This document shows positions 21,668-31,297 of a DNA stretch of 54,978 bases, piece by piece (within the stretch, counting starts at the first letter, position 1; every line of letters begins with the position of its first letter). Source of the DNA: Candidatus Latescibacterota bacterium (GTDB lineage: Bacteria; Latescibacterota; UBA2968; UBA8231); NCBI GenBank assembly GCA_965205655.1, contig CBDBIJ010000012.1, positions 1 to 54,978 on the forward strand, given 5' to 3'. Position numbers and translations under genes: made by a program. The notes under the pieces are model-generated. The model did not search any database, had not been told where the DNA came from, and saw only the letters and a list, made by a program, of their open reading frames with translations.

Positions 21668-22799
21668 TTACCGGCCGCCTGCACAAGCGGTCGCCGCTGG
21701 CTGCGAGTGTTGAAGGTCCACCAGTTCTAGCACTCGCCTGTCGGCCCGCGGCATGGCGAAGTTCTCGAGTTGATGCGGCTTCACCCACTTCCACGCGGCG
21801 CAGCCGAGCGTTTTCGGCACTCCAGACACGAATTGTGCCGCAAAGGCGTTGAGCGTCATGCTGAAGTGTGAAAAGCCATGATCGACGCTGGCGAGATGCT
21901 CTGCCACCTCGATCTCAATGTCGAGCTCTTCCCTGATCTCCCGCTTCAGGCACTCGACGAGTGACTCGCCCGGCTCCTGCTTGCCACCGGGGAATTCCCA
22001 CAGTCCACCGAGCATGCTCTGGGAAGGACGCCTGGCGATGAGCAGCTGGCCTCTTCTTCCAGATGAGACCGGCCGCCACCTGAATGTGGGGTCGATCCTT
22101 CGGCGCGCTCTTCGTCGGCAGGGACGCCGGCTCGTCGAGTTCCCGGGCCGCTCGGCACCAGCGCCTCACCGGGCACATATCACAGCGCGGATTTGCCGGC
22201 GCGCAGACGCGGGCGCCGAGCTCCATCATCGCCTGATTGAAATCTCCGGCGCGCCCGCGGGCCAGCAGCCTTTCGGCGGCGGCGATGAGATCCGTCTTGA
22301 CGCGGGATCGACGCGGATCCTCCTCGACGCGCAACAGCCGGCAGAGGACGCGCGTGACGTTGCCGTCGAGCGCCGGGTGGTCGCGATCGTAGGCGATGCT
22401 GCTGACCGCCGCGGCGGTGTAGGTGCCCACTCCCGGCAGCGACATCAGCTCGTCGTAGCCGGCGGGAATGCGGCCGCCGTGCTCTTCCACCACCTGCTGG
22501 GCGGCCCGCCGCATGTTGCACGCCCGGGCGTAGTAGCCCATCCCCTCCCACGCCTTGAGAACATCCGCCTCGGTGGCAGCGGCCAGTTCGTAGACGGTGG
22601 GAAAGGCGCGGACGAAACGCTCGAAGTAGCCCCGCACCCGCGCGACCTGGGTCTGCTGCAGCATGATCTCCGAGACCCAGACATGGTAGGCGTTGCCCCC
22701 GTCGCGCCATGGCAGGGAGCGTTTGTTGCCATCGTACCATTTCAGCAGACGCGAGCGGAATCGGCCGATCTTGGAGGGGCTCTCGAGCAGTGGCGGCAT
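21668..22799 (-). CDS. mutY: A/G-specific adenine glycosylase MutY with C-terminal Nudix domain (apparent +1 frameshift near 22056)
   Basis: WVSEIMLQQTQV, HhH LPGVGTYTA, LDGNVTRV, Fe-S cluster C-x6-C-x2-C-x5-C. It continues in the 21668..22015 frame (LWEFPGGKQEPGESLVECLKREIREEL); about 376 aa when rejoined. Confidence 0.9.
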
Positions 22800-22807
22800 C
22801 CTCGCCC

Positions 22808-23896
22808 CTACCCCTTCCTGCTGTGCCGCAGGTGGCGCACTTCCTCCGGCCATACTGTCTGGGGCAACACCCCGAGACCGGCGCCGGGCCTCCGGTCCCC
22901 ACCTTTCAGGGGCTCAGCCTGGAGCATGGCGTTGAGCACCGCTTCCTCGCAGGCTTCCATTGCCGCGGCGTAGAGTGGTGGCAGATACGCCTGGCTGGTC
23001 ATGGCCGCCGGCACCGTACCGTTCGCCAGCGCTGCCGAGCCGTCGGGTGCTTCGCCCAACCCGGTCGTCGAAACCGCGAGCACGAGTCCCTCCCGCGTCT
23101 GCCCGTCCAGAATACCAACTCGCGCCAAACCCATCGCCGCGCGGCCGGCGAGGTGATCCAGCTGCTTCGGAATCAGCGGTGCGTCAGTCGCTACCACAGC
23201 GGTCACCGTCCGCGGCACATCTGTGGGGAGGGGCTCGATCGGCAGGCCGGCGCCGACGGGGACGCCATCGATGTTCAGACGCGCCGCCTCGCCACCGTTG
23301 GCTGCCACGAGAGCCCCCACTGAGTGTGTATTCCCCCCATCGAGGGCGCACGACCGCGACGATGTCCCGACGCCGCCCCTGACGCCGAAGGCGGCCAGAC
23401 CTCTGCCGATGCCGTGAGACCCCTCCACCGTAGGACCGGACGTCGCCCGCGACAGCGCTGCGTCGGCGTGCCGCCCGCCCACGGTGCGGTGGACGACCTC
23501 CGGCCGGTTGAGCCAGCTGTCGTCGACGCCGACGACGACTGGGGGCCAGCCCGCGTCTTCTCCCAAGCCTGAGTCATTCCCGAGGCCGCGGGAGATGACG
23601 GCGTCGTACACGGCGCCGACCGCTGCTGCCGGCGCCAGCACGATCGGTGTCGAAATGGCCCCGAAGTCCTCCGTCACGCCGAGGCCGCTCATGCCGTCCC
23701 CGCCGTCGAGGGCGTAGCGACCGATGAACACTCGGCGCGGACGCGATTGGTAGGGAGTTAGGACGGTGATCCCCGTCGCCAGGCCCGCCTCGTCGACATC
23801 GACGTACCCGGTCCGGACTCCATTCACGTCGTTGATGTCGTTGTTGGGGCCGGGGGACAGCCGACCGACACCGATGCCGAGATCTCGCAGACGCAT
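22808..23896 (-). CDS. DmpA/P1 (S58) peptidase family protein, divergent paralog
   Basis: RLRDLGIGVGRLSPGPNNDINDV, GGVGTSSR, VGALVAANGG, VVATDAPL, EACEEAVLNAM. Confidence 0.85.
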   Translation of the reverse strand: MRLRDLGIGVGRLSPGPNNDINDVNGVRTGYVDVDEAGLATGITVLTPYQSRPRRVFIGRYALDGGDGMSGLGVTEDFGAISTPIVLAPAAAVGAVYDAVISRGLGNDSGLGEDAGWPPVVVGVDDSWLNRPEVVHRTVGGRHADAALSRATSGPTVEGSHGIGRGLAAFGVRGGVGTSSRSCALDGGNTHSVGALVAANGGEAARLNIDGVPVGAGLPIEPLPTDVPRTVTAVVATDAPLIPKQLDHLAGRAAMGLARVGILDGQTREGLVLAVSTTGLGEAPDGSAALANGTVPAAMTSQAYLPPLYAAAMEACEEAVLNAMLQAEPLKGGDRRPGAGLGVLPQTVWPEEVRHLRHSRKG

Positions 23897-23920
23897 GTCA
23901 CCCGCCTCAGCCAGTCGACA

Positions 23921-25132
23921 TCATTTGAGTCTTCCGTACTGCCGCATGACACCCACGAGCCGATCGAGAGGCAGGGCGTGAATGGTGTTGCCGTCGCGGC
24001 CCACCATCGTCGTCGCCGCAGTCAGGCTGTTGAGGATGGCCTCTTCCGTCGCCTCCACCACCGCCTGAAAGATCGCGGTGATGTGGGAATAATGAAGGAC
24101 GGAGATGTCGCGCCTCGACGACTCGGCGACCGTCCCGGCGGTGGCAGTCGAAAAAGCGATGAGCAGGTCGCCGCTTCCGTGAGTGGAGATGGCGCCGGTG
24201 CGCGCCGCACCGAGGGCCGACCGCTTGCACACCCGCCGCAGCTGGATGGGCAACAGCGGCGCATCGGTGGCGATCGCCACCAGCAGCGAGTGTCCCTCCT
24301 CAACGGGGCGACCCCGTTCGGGCAACAGGTCGGCGATCTCTCGACCCACCGGCACTCCCTGTACCGCAAGTTGCCCTCGCCTGCCATGATTGGCCTGCAC
24401 CAGCACGCCGATGGTGTACGCCGTATTCCCGATTGAAGCGACACGTGAGGCGGTGCCGATCCCGGCTTTGAACTCGTATGCCCGCATGCCGGTGCCGCCG
24501 CCCACATTACCTTCGCCGACCTCTCCGCCGCCGGCGCCTGTGATGGCGGCGCGCACATGCTCGCGGCGCACGTGGCGTCCGGCGGTGTCGTTGAGGAAGT
24601 CAGCCCAGGTTTCGCCGACGACCGGCTCCGGCCGCAGCGGTCTGGAGAACAGCCCGGGATCGGTTTCGAGCATGTACCCCATGGCCGCGTCGTAGACCGG
24701 TCCAACGCTTCCCGTATCGGTGAAGAGAATCGGCGCTCCGAGTTGCCCCGTACGCCGCAGTGGTCCCAGGCCTGTCAGCTCGCCATTGCCGTTGAGCGTC
24801 AGATCGGCGGCGAACACCGGCTGTCTCGAAAGGTGGCCGGCGTGAGGCAGGATTGCCGTCACCCCGGTGCGCACTGGCCCTTTCCCTTTGACGAGAGGAC
24901 CGTCGCCGCTGATGAGCGTCGTGTGTCCCACGAGCACCCCGGGCACGTCCGTGATGGCATTGTGACGACCCGGTGCGAGATCGCCGATCTCGATGCCGAG
25001 ATCCCGCAGCCGCGTCCGTCTCCGCTCGAGGGACCTTGAAGTTGGGGCGCCACTCACATCCTCGAACAGCGCCATGGTCACTGGCAGCGACGCCAGTCCC
25101 AGTCCCGCGTGCAGAAATCGACGCCGATCCAT
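23921..25132 (-). CDS. Tat-exported DmpA/P1 (S58) aminopeptidase
   Basis: Tat motif MDRRRFL; NAITDVPGVLVGH, NGNGELTG, EGNVGGGTGM, KAGIGTASR, VQANHG, GSGDLLIAFST. Confidence 0.92.
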   Translation of the reverse strand: MDRRRFLHAGLGLASLPVTMALFEDVSGAPTSRSLERRRTRLRDLGIEIGDLAPGRHNAITDVPGVLVGHTTLISGDGPLVKGKGPVRTGVTAILPHAGHLSRQPVFAADLTLNGNGELTGLGPLRRTGQLGAPILFTDTGSVGPVYDAAMGYMLETDPGLFSRPLRPEPVVGETWADFLNDTAGRHVRREHVRAAITGAGGGEVGEGNVGGGTGMRAYEFKAGIGTASRVASIGNTAYTIGVLVQANHGRRGQLAVQGVPVGREIADLLPERGRPVEEGHSLLVAIATDAPLLPIQLRRVCKRSALGAARTGAISTHGSGDLLIAFSTATAGTVAESSRRDISVLHYSHITAIFQAVVEATEEAILNSLTAATTMVGRDGNTIHALPLDRLVGVMRQYGRLK

Positions 25133-25138
25133 CGCTGG

Positions 25139-25996
25139 CTAGCTTGTGCCCGCTCGCTCGTGTGCGGCCTTGCACATGCGGATGGCGATGTCGCTCGCGT
25201 CCACCGTCCCCTTCCAGCCGTAGGGATCGCTCCCGTGCACGATGACGATGTCGCGAAAGTCCGCCCTGGCCGGTGACTCGCCTTCATGGGGCTTCCAGGG
25301 CAGTCTCGACCAGGCGTTCATGTAGTGGTTGACGAGGACTCGGCGATATGCGCTGCTCCGGTTCTTGAACGAGCGATGCAGGAGATAGCCGTTGAAGAAG
25401 ACGACGTCGCCCGCTTTCGCCTCGATCGCCTCCTCACCCGACTCGTCGAACCCGTACGACTCGGCGCTGCTGTCGAACTCGTCGGGATCAGTTTGATCGC
25501 GCTGGTCGTAGAGGATTCCTCCATGCGACCCGGGAATGGCCCGCATGCAACCGTTCTCCTCGGTGGCGTCGTCGAGGGCGATCCAACCGCCGGTGAGACT
25601 GCGATCTCGCGTCGGAATGTAGATTTCGTCCTGATGCCACGCCTGCCCCTGAAAGCCCGGCGGCTTGATGAACAGCATCGATTGCATGCACTTGACGTCC
25701 GGTCCGATGAGCTTTGACAGAGCTGCTGCCATTCCCTGGTGTTTGACGCCCTTCTCGAGCAACACCTCGCTGATCTTGTGAGGCTGGTGGATGCACAGAA
25801 ACTGACTCAGGATCTCTTCATCGCTGACAGACGGGTCGGCTGGGGGCAGCTTTTCGTGGTCGTAGCCGCCGCGGCATACCTTCGCCGCGTCGGCGCGTAG
25901 GATCTCCACCTCCTCCGCGCTCACCAGACCCGCTACGACGAGATAGCCGTTCGTCCGGTAGGATTCGATATCCGCCGTGCTGATGCTGTCGCTCAT
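25139..25996 (-). CDS. Phytanoyl-CoA dioxygenase (PhyH) family Fe(II)/2OG oxygenase
   Basis: FIKPPG..WHQD, WIALDDATEENGCM..IPGSH, GDVVFFNGYLLHRS..N..R. Confidence 0.92.
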   Translation of the reverse strand: MSDSISTADIESYRTNGYLVVAGLVSAEEVEILRADAAKVCRGGYDHEKLPPADPSVSDEEILSQFLCIHQPHKISEVLLEKGVKHQGMAAALSKLIGPDVKCMQSMLFIKPPGFQGQAWHQDEIYIPTRDRSLTGGWIALDDATEENGCMRAIPGSHGGILYDQRDQTDPDEFDSSAESYGFDESGEEAIEAKAGDVVFFNGYLLHRSFKNRSSAYRRVLVNHYMNAWSRLPWKPHEGESPARADFRDIVIVHGSDPYGWKGTVDASDIAIRMCKAAHERAGTS

Positions 25997-26075
25997 CGAG
26001 AATCTCCACCGTATATTACTCGCTCTAATGACGAGCCCTCCGGCTCCATCTGCAACCCTTGGAGAATCACCTGAG

Positions 26076-26927
26076 ATGGATGTGTCCTGCCTGCAGTACT
26101 GTCTTACCGAAAGCGAGCGATCGCAGTTCGAGGAAACCGGCTACCTCATCGTCGAAGACGCGCTTCCGGAGCCTCTGGTGCGCGACCTGAACCGGGCGGC
26201 GGACCTGCTAGTCGAGCAGTACCGCACAGAGCATGACGTCGATGCGCACACGAAAGTCAATCCCTTCGACTTCATAGGGAAAGACGACGTGTTTCTCGAT
26301 CTGTTAGACTGGCCCAGGACGTTCCCGAAGGTATGGGGGATTCTCGGTTGGCACATTCAGCTCTACCACACTCATATGATGACGGTGCCGCCGCTGCCGC
26401 CCGGTGAGGGGGGAGAGCCCAAGCGCAAGGGATGGCATCAGGACAGCGGTCAGCTGAACACCGATCTCGAAACAGATCCGCGACCTCGGGTCTCCGTGAA
26501 AGTGGGCTTCTTCCTCACCGACACGACCACACTGGACAGCGGCAATGTTTACGTCATCCCCGGAAGCCATCTGAGTAACAATCTGGCTCTTCCCGACGAC
26601 GGTGTATCGGATCCGGAGGGAGCCATTCCACTGCAGGTGAAAGCCGGATCGGCCATCGTCTTCGATCGCCGCGTGTGGCATGCATCCGGTCCCAATCGAG
26701 TGAACGTGACGCGGAAGGTTCTGTATTACGGTTACAGCTACCGATGGCTGCGGCCGCGCGACGACATGACTGTCGACGACCTGCTCGACCGCTCTGATCC
26801 GATCCGAAGGCAGTTGTTGGGCGCCAGCGCCACCGGCGGTCACGGCTACACCTCGCCCAAAGATGCCGACGTCCCCTTGCGGGAATGGATCCGTGACAAC
26901 ATCGGGGAGGAAGCGGTCGTACCCTGA
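26076..26927 (+). CDS. PhyH family Fe(II)/2OG oxygenase
   Basis: FEETGYLIV, GWHQD, VIPGSH, AGSAIVFDRRVWHA..N..RK; start MDVSCLQY. Confidence 0.92.
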   Translation: MDVSCLQYCLTESERSQFEETGYLIVEDALPEPLVRDLNRAADLLVEQYRTEHDVDAHTKVNPFDFIGKDDVFLDLLDWPRTFPKVWGILGWHIQLYHTHMMTVPPLPPGEGGEPKRKGWHQDSGQLNTDLETDPRPRVSVKVGFFLTDTTTLDSGNVYVIPGSHLSNNLALPDDGVSDPEGAIPLQVKAGSAIVFDRRVWHASGPNRVNVTRKVLYYGYSYRWLRPRDDMTVDDLLDRSDPIRRQLLGASATGGHGYTSPKDADVPLREWIRDNIGEEAVVP

Positions 26928-26928
26928 C

Positions 26929-28020
26929 TCAGCCGAGCGCCGCGACAATCTCCCGTCCCAGTTCAGACGTCGTCATCTTCCCCTTCAGATCCGGAGTCGC
27001 CGCCGCCGGGTCGGACATGACCTGGCTCACCGCCTCGTCGACGCGACCCCCCGCGGCGGTTGCGGACTGATCGTCGTGACGATGACCGAGCCAGCGCAGC
27101 ATCATCGCCGCCGACAGAATCGTGGCGACCGGATTGGCGATACCCTGTCCGGCGATGTCCGGCGCCGTGCCGTGAGAGGGCTGGAACACGGCTGACTGCT
27201 CACCGATATCTGCCGACGGCGCCATGCCCATTCCGCCGATCAACCCGGCCGCCAGATCGGAGATGATATCCCCATACATGTTTTCCATCACGAGCACCTC
27301 GTAGACCTGCGGTCGCTCCACGAGGTGGAAGGCCATGGCGTCGACGTACTCGTGGGCGCGGCCGACGTCCTCGAACTGATCGGCCACATCGTCGAAAACG
27401 CTGCGGAAGAACGCCATCGACTTGAAGATGTTTGCCTTGTCTACGCAGGTGACGGCCGCCTCCCCGTCTCCCCCGCGCTCGTCGCGGCGCTGGCGGGCGA
27501 GCTCGAAGGCGTAGCGCACCACCCGCTCGGTGCCGACTCGCGTGATAACCATCGAGTCTACCGCGGTCTCGCCGCGCAGCTCGATGCCGCCGTTCATCGA
27601 GGCGAACAGCCCCTCCGTGTTTTCCCGTAGGATGACCATGTCGATGTCGCCGCGCCCGAGGTTTTTCAGCGGCGTGTGGTGCTCGGCGTAGAGGTAGATA
27701 GGCCGCACCCCGGCGTAGAGGTCGAGCTCAAAGCGCAGGTCGACCTGCGGCCGCATCTCCGTGCCGTCGGGCCAGCGAATGTCCGGTCGACCCATGGCGC
27801 CCAAAAGAACCGCATCCGCACTGCGGCAGGCCTGCACTGTGTCGTCCGGAAGCGGCGTGCCGCACTCCACATAGCAATCCGCCCCCGCCGGATATTCCTC
27901 AAAGCGCAATTCGGGACCGCCCGACGCGGACACTCGCTCTAAAACCCGAAGGGCTTCGTCCACCACATCGAGGCCGATGCCGTCCCCTTTCAGCACCGCG
28001 ATGTCGAACGTCGATGACAT
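26929..28020 (-). CDS. Isocitrate/isopropylmalate (beta-decarboxylating) dehydrogenase family, LeuB/tartrate-DH-like
   Basis: IAVLKGDGIG, ILRENTEG, VDKANI, ENMYGDIISD, FQPSHGTAPDIAGQGIANP; start MSSTFDIAV. Confidence 0.92.
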   Translation of the reverse strand: MSSTFDIAVLKGDGIGLDVVDEALRVLERVSASGGPELRFEEYPAGADCYVECGTPLPDDTVQACRSADAVLLGAMGRPDIRWPDGTEMRPQVDLRFELDLYAGVRPIYLYAEHHTPLKNLGRGDIDMVILRENTEGLFASMNGGIELRGETAVDSMVITRVGTERVVRYAFELARQRRDERGGDGEAAVTCVDKANIFKSMAFFRSVFDDVADQFEDVGRAHEYVDAMAFHLVERPQVYEVLVMENMYGDIISDLAAGLIGGMGMAPSADIGEQSAVFQPSHGTAPDIAGQGIANPVATILSAAMMLRWLGHRHDDQSATAAGGRVDEAVSQVMSDPAAATPDLKGKMTTSELGREIVAALG

Positions 28021-28075
28021 AGTTGAAGAGTGTCTTATCAGTTGTTCGTAGGTCTTATCGTTTTTACGGCGCCCA

Positions 28076-28104
28076 ATGGTACGACCCCCTTGTATGAGGG
28101 TCAA
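28076..28104 (-). promoter_or_regulatory. Putative sigma70 promoter of the dehydrogenase gene
   Basis: Minus strand TTGACC (28104-28099), 17 nt, TACCAT (28081-28076). Confidence 0.55.
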
Positions 28105-28126
28105 ACTTCGAGTCAGATTACTGTCC

Positions 28127-29482
28127 ATGGAAACATCCGAGCAATCGCAGCTCAAGCTGCTTCTCGTCGACGACGACGAGGGTGTGCGCGAGACCGTGGG
28201 CACCTTTCTCGAGCGTCTCGGACACGAAGTCATCCAGGCGAGAAACGGCCGCGAAGGGCTCGAGCTTTACGCCGCCTCTGGGGCGGACATCGTCATCAGC
28301 GACATCATGATGCCGGACCTCGACGGCATCGAGTTCCTCAGAGCCTTGAACGAGCGCGGCGATGATGTGGAAGTCATCTTCATCACCGGACACGGTGATT
28401 TGGAAACAGCCATCGACGCCCTGCGCGAGGGGGCCTTCGATTTCTTCGCCAAGCCCGTCAAGCTCGAGGAGCTCACGGCTGCGCTCGAACGCACCCGCCG
28501 CTTTCAGGCGCTGCGCCGTGAAAAGGAGCGCATTCAGAGCAGACTCGACTCCCTCGAGCACGACGCCAGCGCCAGGGGCGAGGCCGCCATCATCGGCGCA
28601 AGCGATGCCATGGGCCGCGTCGCCGCCCTCATCGATAAAGTCGCCGCCGCCGATCGCACCACCGTTCCCATCACTGGCGAGAGTGGCACCGGCAAGGAGC
28701 TGGTCGCTTGTGCCATTCACCGCCTCAGTCTGCGCGCCGATGGCCCGTTCATCAGCATCAACAGCACCGCAATCCCCGATACCTTGTTCGAGAGCGAGCT
28801 GTTCGGCCACGAGAAGGGCGCCTTCACCGACGCCCGGGAACGCAAGAAGGGAATGTTCGAGCTCGGCGACGGCGGCACTTTGTTTCTCGACGAGGTGGCC
28901 GACATGAGCCCCGCCTCACAGGCGAAGCTGCTGCGGGTCCTCGAGGGGCGCACCATCCGCCGCGTCGGCGGCGCCCGCGAGATCCCCATCGACGTACGTA
29001 TGGTGGCAGCGACGAATCAGGACATCGACCAGCTTCAGCGCGACGGCGGCTTCAGACAGGACCTCTATTTTCGACTCAACGTGTTCGCCATCGAGTTGCC
29101 GCCGCTGCGCAACCGCGGCGACGATGTCCTACTGCTCGCCTACCACTTTCTGCGCCAGTACTCCGCGGAGTTTCGCAAGGATGTGGGCGAGATAGAGCCT
29201 CCGGTTCAGCAGCTGCTGCGGCGCTACGCCTTTCCCGGCAACGTGCGCGAGCTCCGCAATCTCATCGAGCGCGGCGTCATCCTTTGTGACGGCCCGACGC
29301 TGACGCTGAGCGAATTCGCCGATCTGAAGCTCGACGATGCCGCCAGTCTGGCGGCTCTGGAGGAGCGCGCCATCAGAGCGGCGATGAGACACGCGAACGG
29401 CAACCAGGCCGCCGCCGCCCGCGCCCTCGGCATCGGTGCCGATGCCATGCGCTACCGCCTCAAGAAGTACGACATTCGCTAG
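28127..29482 (+). CDS. Sigma54-dependent response regulator (REC-AAA+-Fis HTH, NtrC family)
   Basis: LLVDDD..SDIMMP; Walker A GESGTGKE; ESELFGHEKGAFTDA; LFLDEV; FRQDLYFRL; FPGNVREL; GNQAAAARALGI. Confidence 0.95.
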   Translation: METSEQSQLKLLLVDDDEGVRETVGTFLERLGHEVIQARNGREGLELYAASGADIVISDIMMPDLDGIEFLRALNERGDDVEVIFITGHGDLETAIDALREGAFDFFAKPVKLEELTAALERTRRFQALRREKERIQSRLDSLEHDASARGEAAIIGASDAMGRVAALIDKVAAADRTTVPITGESGTGKELVACAIHRLSLRADGPFISINSTAIPDTLFESELFGHEKGAFTDARERKKGMFELGDGGTLFLDEVADMSPASQAKLLRVLEGRTIRRVGGAREIPIDVRMVAATNQDIDQLQRDGGFRQDLYFRLNVFAIELPPLRNRGDDVLLLAYHFLRQYSAEFRKDVGEIEPPVQQLLRRYAFPGNVRELRNLIERGVILCDGPTLTLSEFADLKLDDAASLAALEERAIRAAMRHANGNQAAAARALGIGADAMRYRLKKYDIR

Positions 29483-29607
29483 GAGCCCGCGAGCTGCGAA
29501 AGCGCGGCCTCGACCCGCGATACCACGGCTCCACCCCCACCTGAACGAATCTCAGCAGGACCGCCAACCCGCTACCCGCACGTCAGTTAGGTCGACTGTG
29601 GCGGCTC

Positions 29608-29622
29608 TGGCACGCGGGTTGC
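29608..29622 (+). promoter_or_regulatory. Consensus sigma54 promoter
   Basis: TGGCACGCGGGTTGC matches TGGCACG-N4-TTGC exactly; 52 nt upstream of a GTG start with AAGGAG RBS. Confidence 0.85.
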
Positions 29623-29674
29623 GTTAGAGCCTGTGTCCCTCCGTCCCCGCGTGAGGGGTGAAAGGAGTCGCCTC

Positions 29675-30085
29675 GTGAGAATACTCATCATCGACGACGA
29701 GCCTTCCGTGACCGCCTTTTTCTCTCAGGTGGCCACGGCCCGCGGTTTCGCCACGATCGACGCGGTCGGTCTGGCGGAGGATGCCGTGACCCGTGTGCTG
29801 CGCCAGAGCTACGACCTCATCACCGTCGACATCAATCTTCCCGGGGTGAGCGGCCTGGAGATCATCGCCGTGCTGCGCGACATGAACCCCCACGCCATCA
29901 TCGCCGTCATCTCCGGGTTTATCCCGGACGAGATCCCCGACGAGGTCAGGAGTTGCCTCGACGTCATCGTGGAAAAACCCGTCACCGTCGACATCTTCGG
30001 ACAACTGCTGGACAGCGCCATGAGCATAGCCGACACCCTCGAACAGGTTCGCGCCCTCGGTATCGTGCCTGCGCTCGTCCGCTGA
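29675..30085 (+). CDS. Stand-alone receiver-domain (REC) protein
   Basis: RILIIDDE, DLITVDINLPGVSG, ISG, EKP; GTG 29675 with AAGGAG RBS. Confidence 0.9.
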   Translation: MRILIIDDEPSVTAFFSQVATARGFATIDAVGLAEDAVTRVLRQSYDLITVDINLPGVSGLEIIAVLRDMNPHAIIAVISGFIPDEIPDEVRSCLDVIVEKPVTVDIFGQLLDSAMSIADTLEQVRALGIVPALVR

Positions 30086-30118
30086 CTCCCAGTTCAGGCG
30101 CTGGCTCCCACTCCCCCC

Positions 30119-31267
30119 ATGCCTGATCTGTTCGACATCCAGTCAGCGGTCGATGCCGTGGTCAATCTGGGACGGCTCACCGAGATGTCCCTCGATCTTT
30201 CCGATTCAGCGCCGGCCGTCTACGACGGAGAGGACTGGAATGTGCTCGTCCAGGGGGACCTCGTCGACGTCCTGCGAGTCAAGGGTGAGGGCTCCATCCT
30301 CGTGCAGGGCAGCATCGTCGGCGACGGAGACATGCCCTGCCGCGTGGAGGTTGCCGGGGATGCGGTGATCTGCGGCGATGTGCGCGACGCCCAGATAACG
30401 GCGTCGAGTATTCACGTCGGCGGAACCGTCCGGTCCAGTCAGCTGACGGCTGCCGGTGACATACGAATTTGCTCTGACATGGGAGCCGGTCGCATCGTGG
30501 TCGGCGACTACGACATGGACAGGAAACGCCTGGAGACCTGTCGCTCGCTCGTGGAGCGCTCGAAAGCGCAGGCCGAATCCCTCGGCCGGCGAGTCGGTCA
30601 GGACGAAAAACGCATGGCCAAATCCTGCCGCGCCCTGCGCATTCCCCTCGACTTCTCAGTGGGACAGATCGTGGAGCACAGCGACGGCAGAGTGAGTGTC
30701 GATCTGAGCTCATTCTATCGCTCAGTGGATGACAAGCAGGCGAAACTCGACGCCGCGCTGGGCGAGTTCTTCGCCAAGGGCATCATCGGGGTCATCGCCA
30801 GGGCGAACCGCAAGTACCTCGTCAACTATCCTGCCCGCGAAAAGATCTTCATGCAGCTGCTCAAGGGACTTCGCGAGCTCTTCGTCGCCGTCATGGAACG
30901 GGATCAGATGCTCAAGCGCGTCGCCCAGGCTGAACCGGAGCTCGAAGACTTGCGTGCCGCCCTTTCCGATCGCGATCCCAACGTGGCCATCCGCGGCCGC
31001 ATTGCACAAGAGGCGGAAATGGAATTCATTCTGCCCCAATTGATCAAAACTCGCGACGGTGAATTCGACTTTGCTCACAAGACCGCGCAGCTCAGCATTC
31101 TGCCCGGAGCGCTGGCAGGCCAGTGTGAAATGGCCACCCGGGGGACGGGGGGTGAGCGCGCTACTGTCAAAACGGAGATGGACGATCTCGAAGGCCTTCT
31201 CATCGAGGTCGAGGGCGGCCAGATCCGGTGGACTCACGTGGGCGCTGCGGCCGTGGGAGGCGTATGA
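30119..31267 (+). CDS. FapA/DUF342-like beta-solenoid protein with helical insert
   Basis: Repeated short beta units (NVLVQGDL, SILVQGSI, DAVICGDVRDAQITA, IHVGGTVRSSQLTAAGDIRI) followed by a coiled coil; resembles the FapA solenoid. Assignment is by recognition only. Confidence 0.6.
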   Translation: MPDLFDIQSAVDAVVNLGRLTEMSLDLSDSAPAVYDGEDWNVLVQGDLVDVLRVKGEGSILVQGSIVGDGDMPCRVEVAGDAVICGDVRDAQITASSIHVGGTVRSSQLTAAGDIRICSDMGAGRIVVGDYDMDRKRLETCRSLVERSKAQAESLGRRVGQDEKRMAKSCRALRIPLDFSVGQIVEHSDGRVSVDLSSFYRSVDDKQAKLDAALGEFFAKGIIGVIARANRKYLVNYPAREKIFMQLLKGLRELFVAVMERDQMLKRVAQAEPELEDLRAALSDRDPNVAIRGRIAQEAEMEFILPQLIKTRDGEFDFAHKTAQLSILPGALAGQCEMATRGTGGERATVKTEMDDLEGLLIEVEGGQIRWTHVGAAAVGGV

Positions 31268-31297
31268 AACCCTCGAGCGTCGCGGGGATGTCGACCC

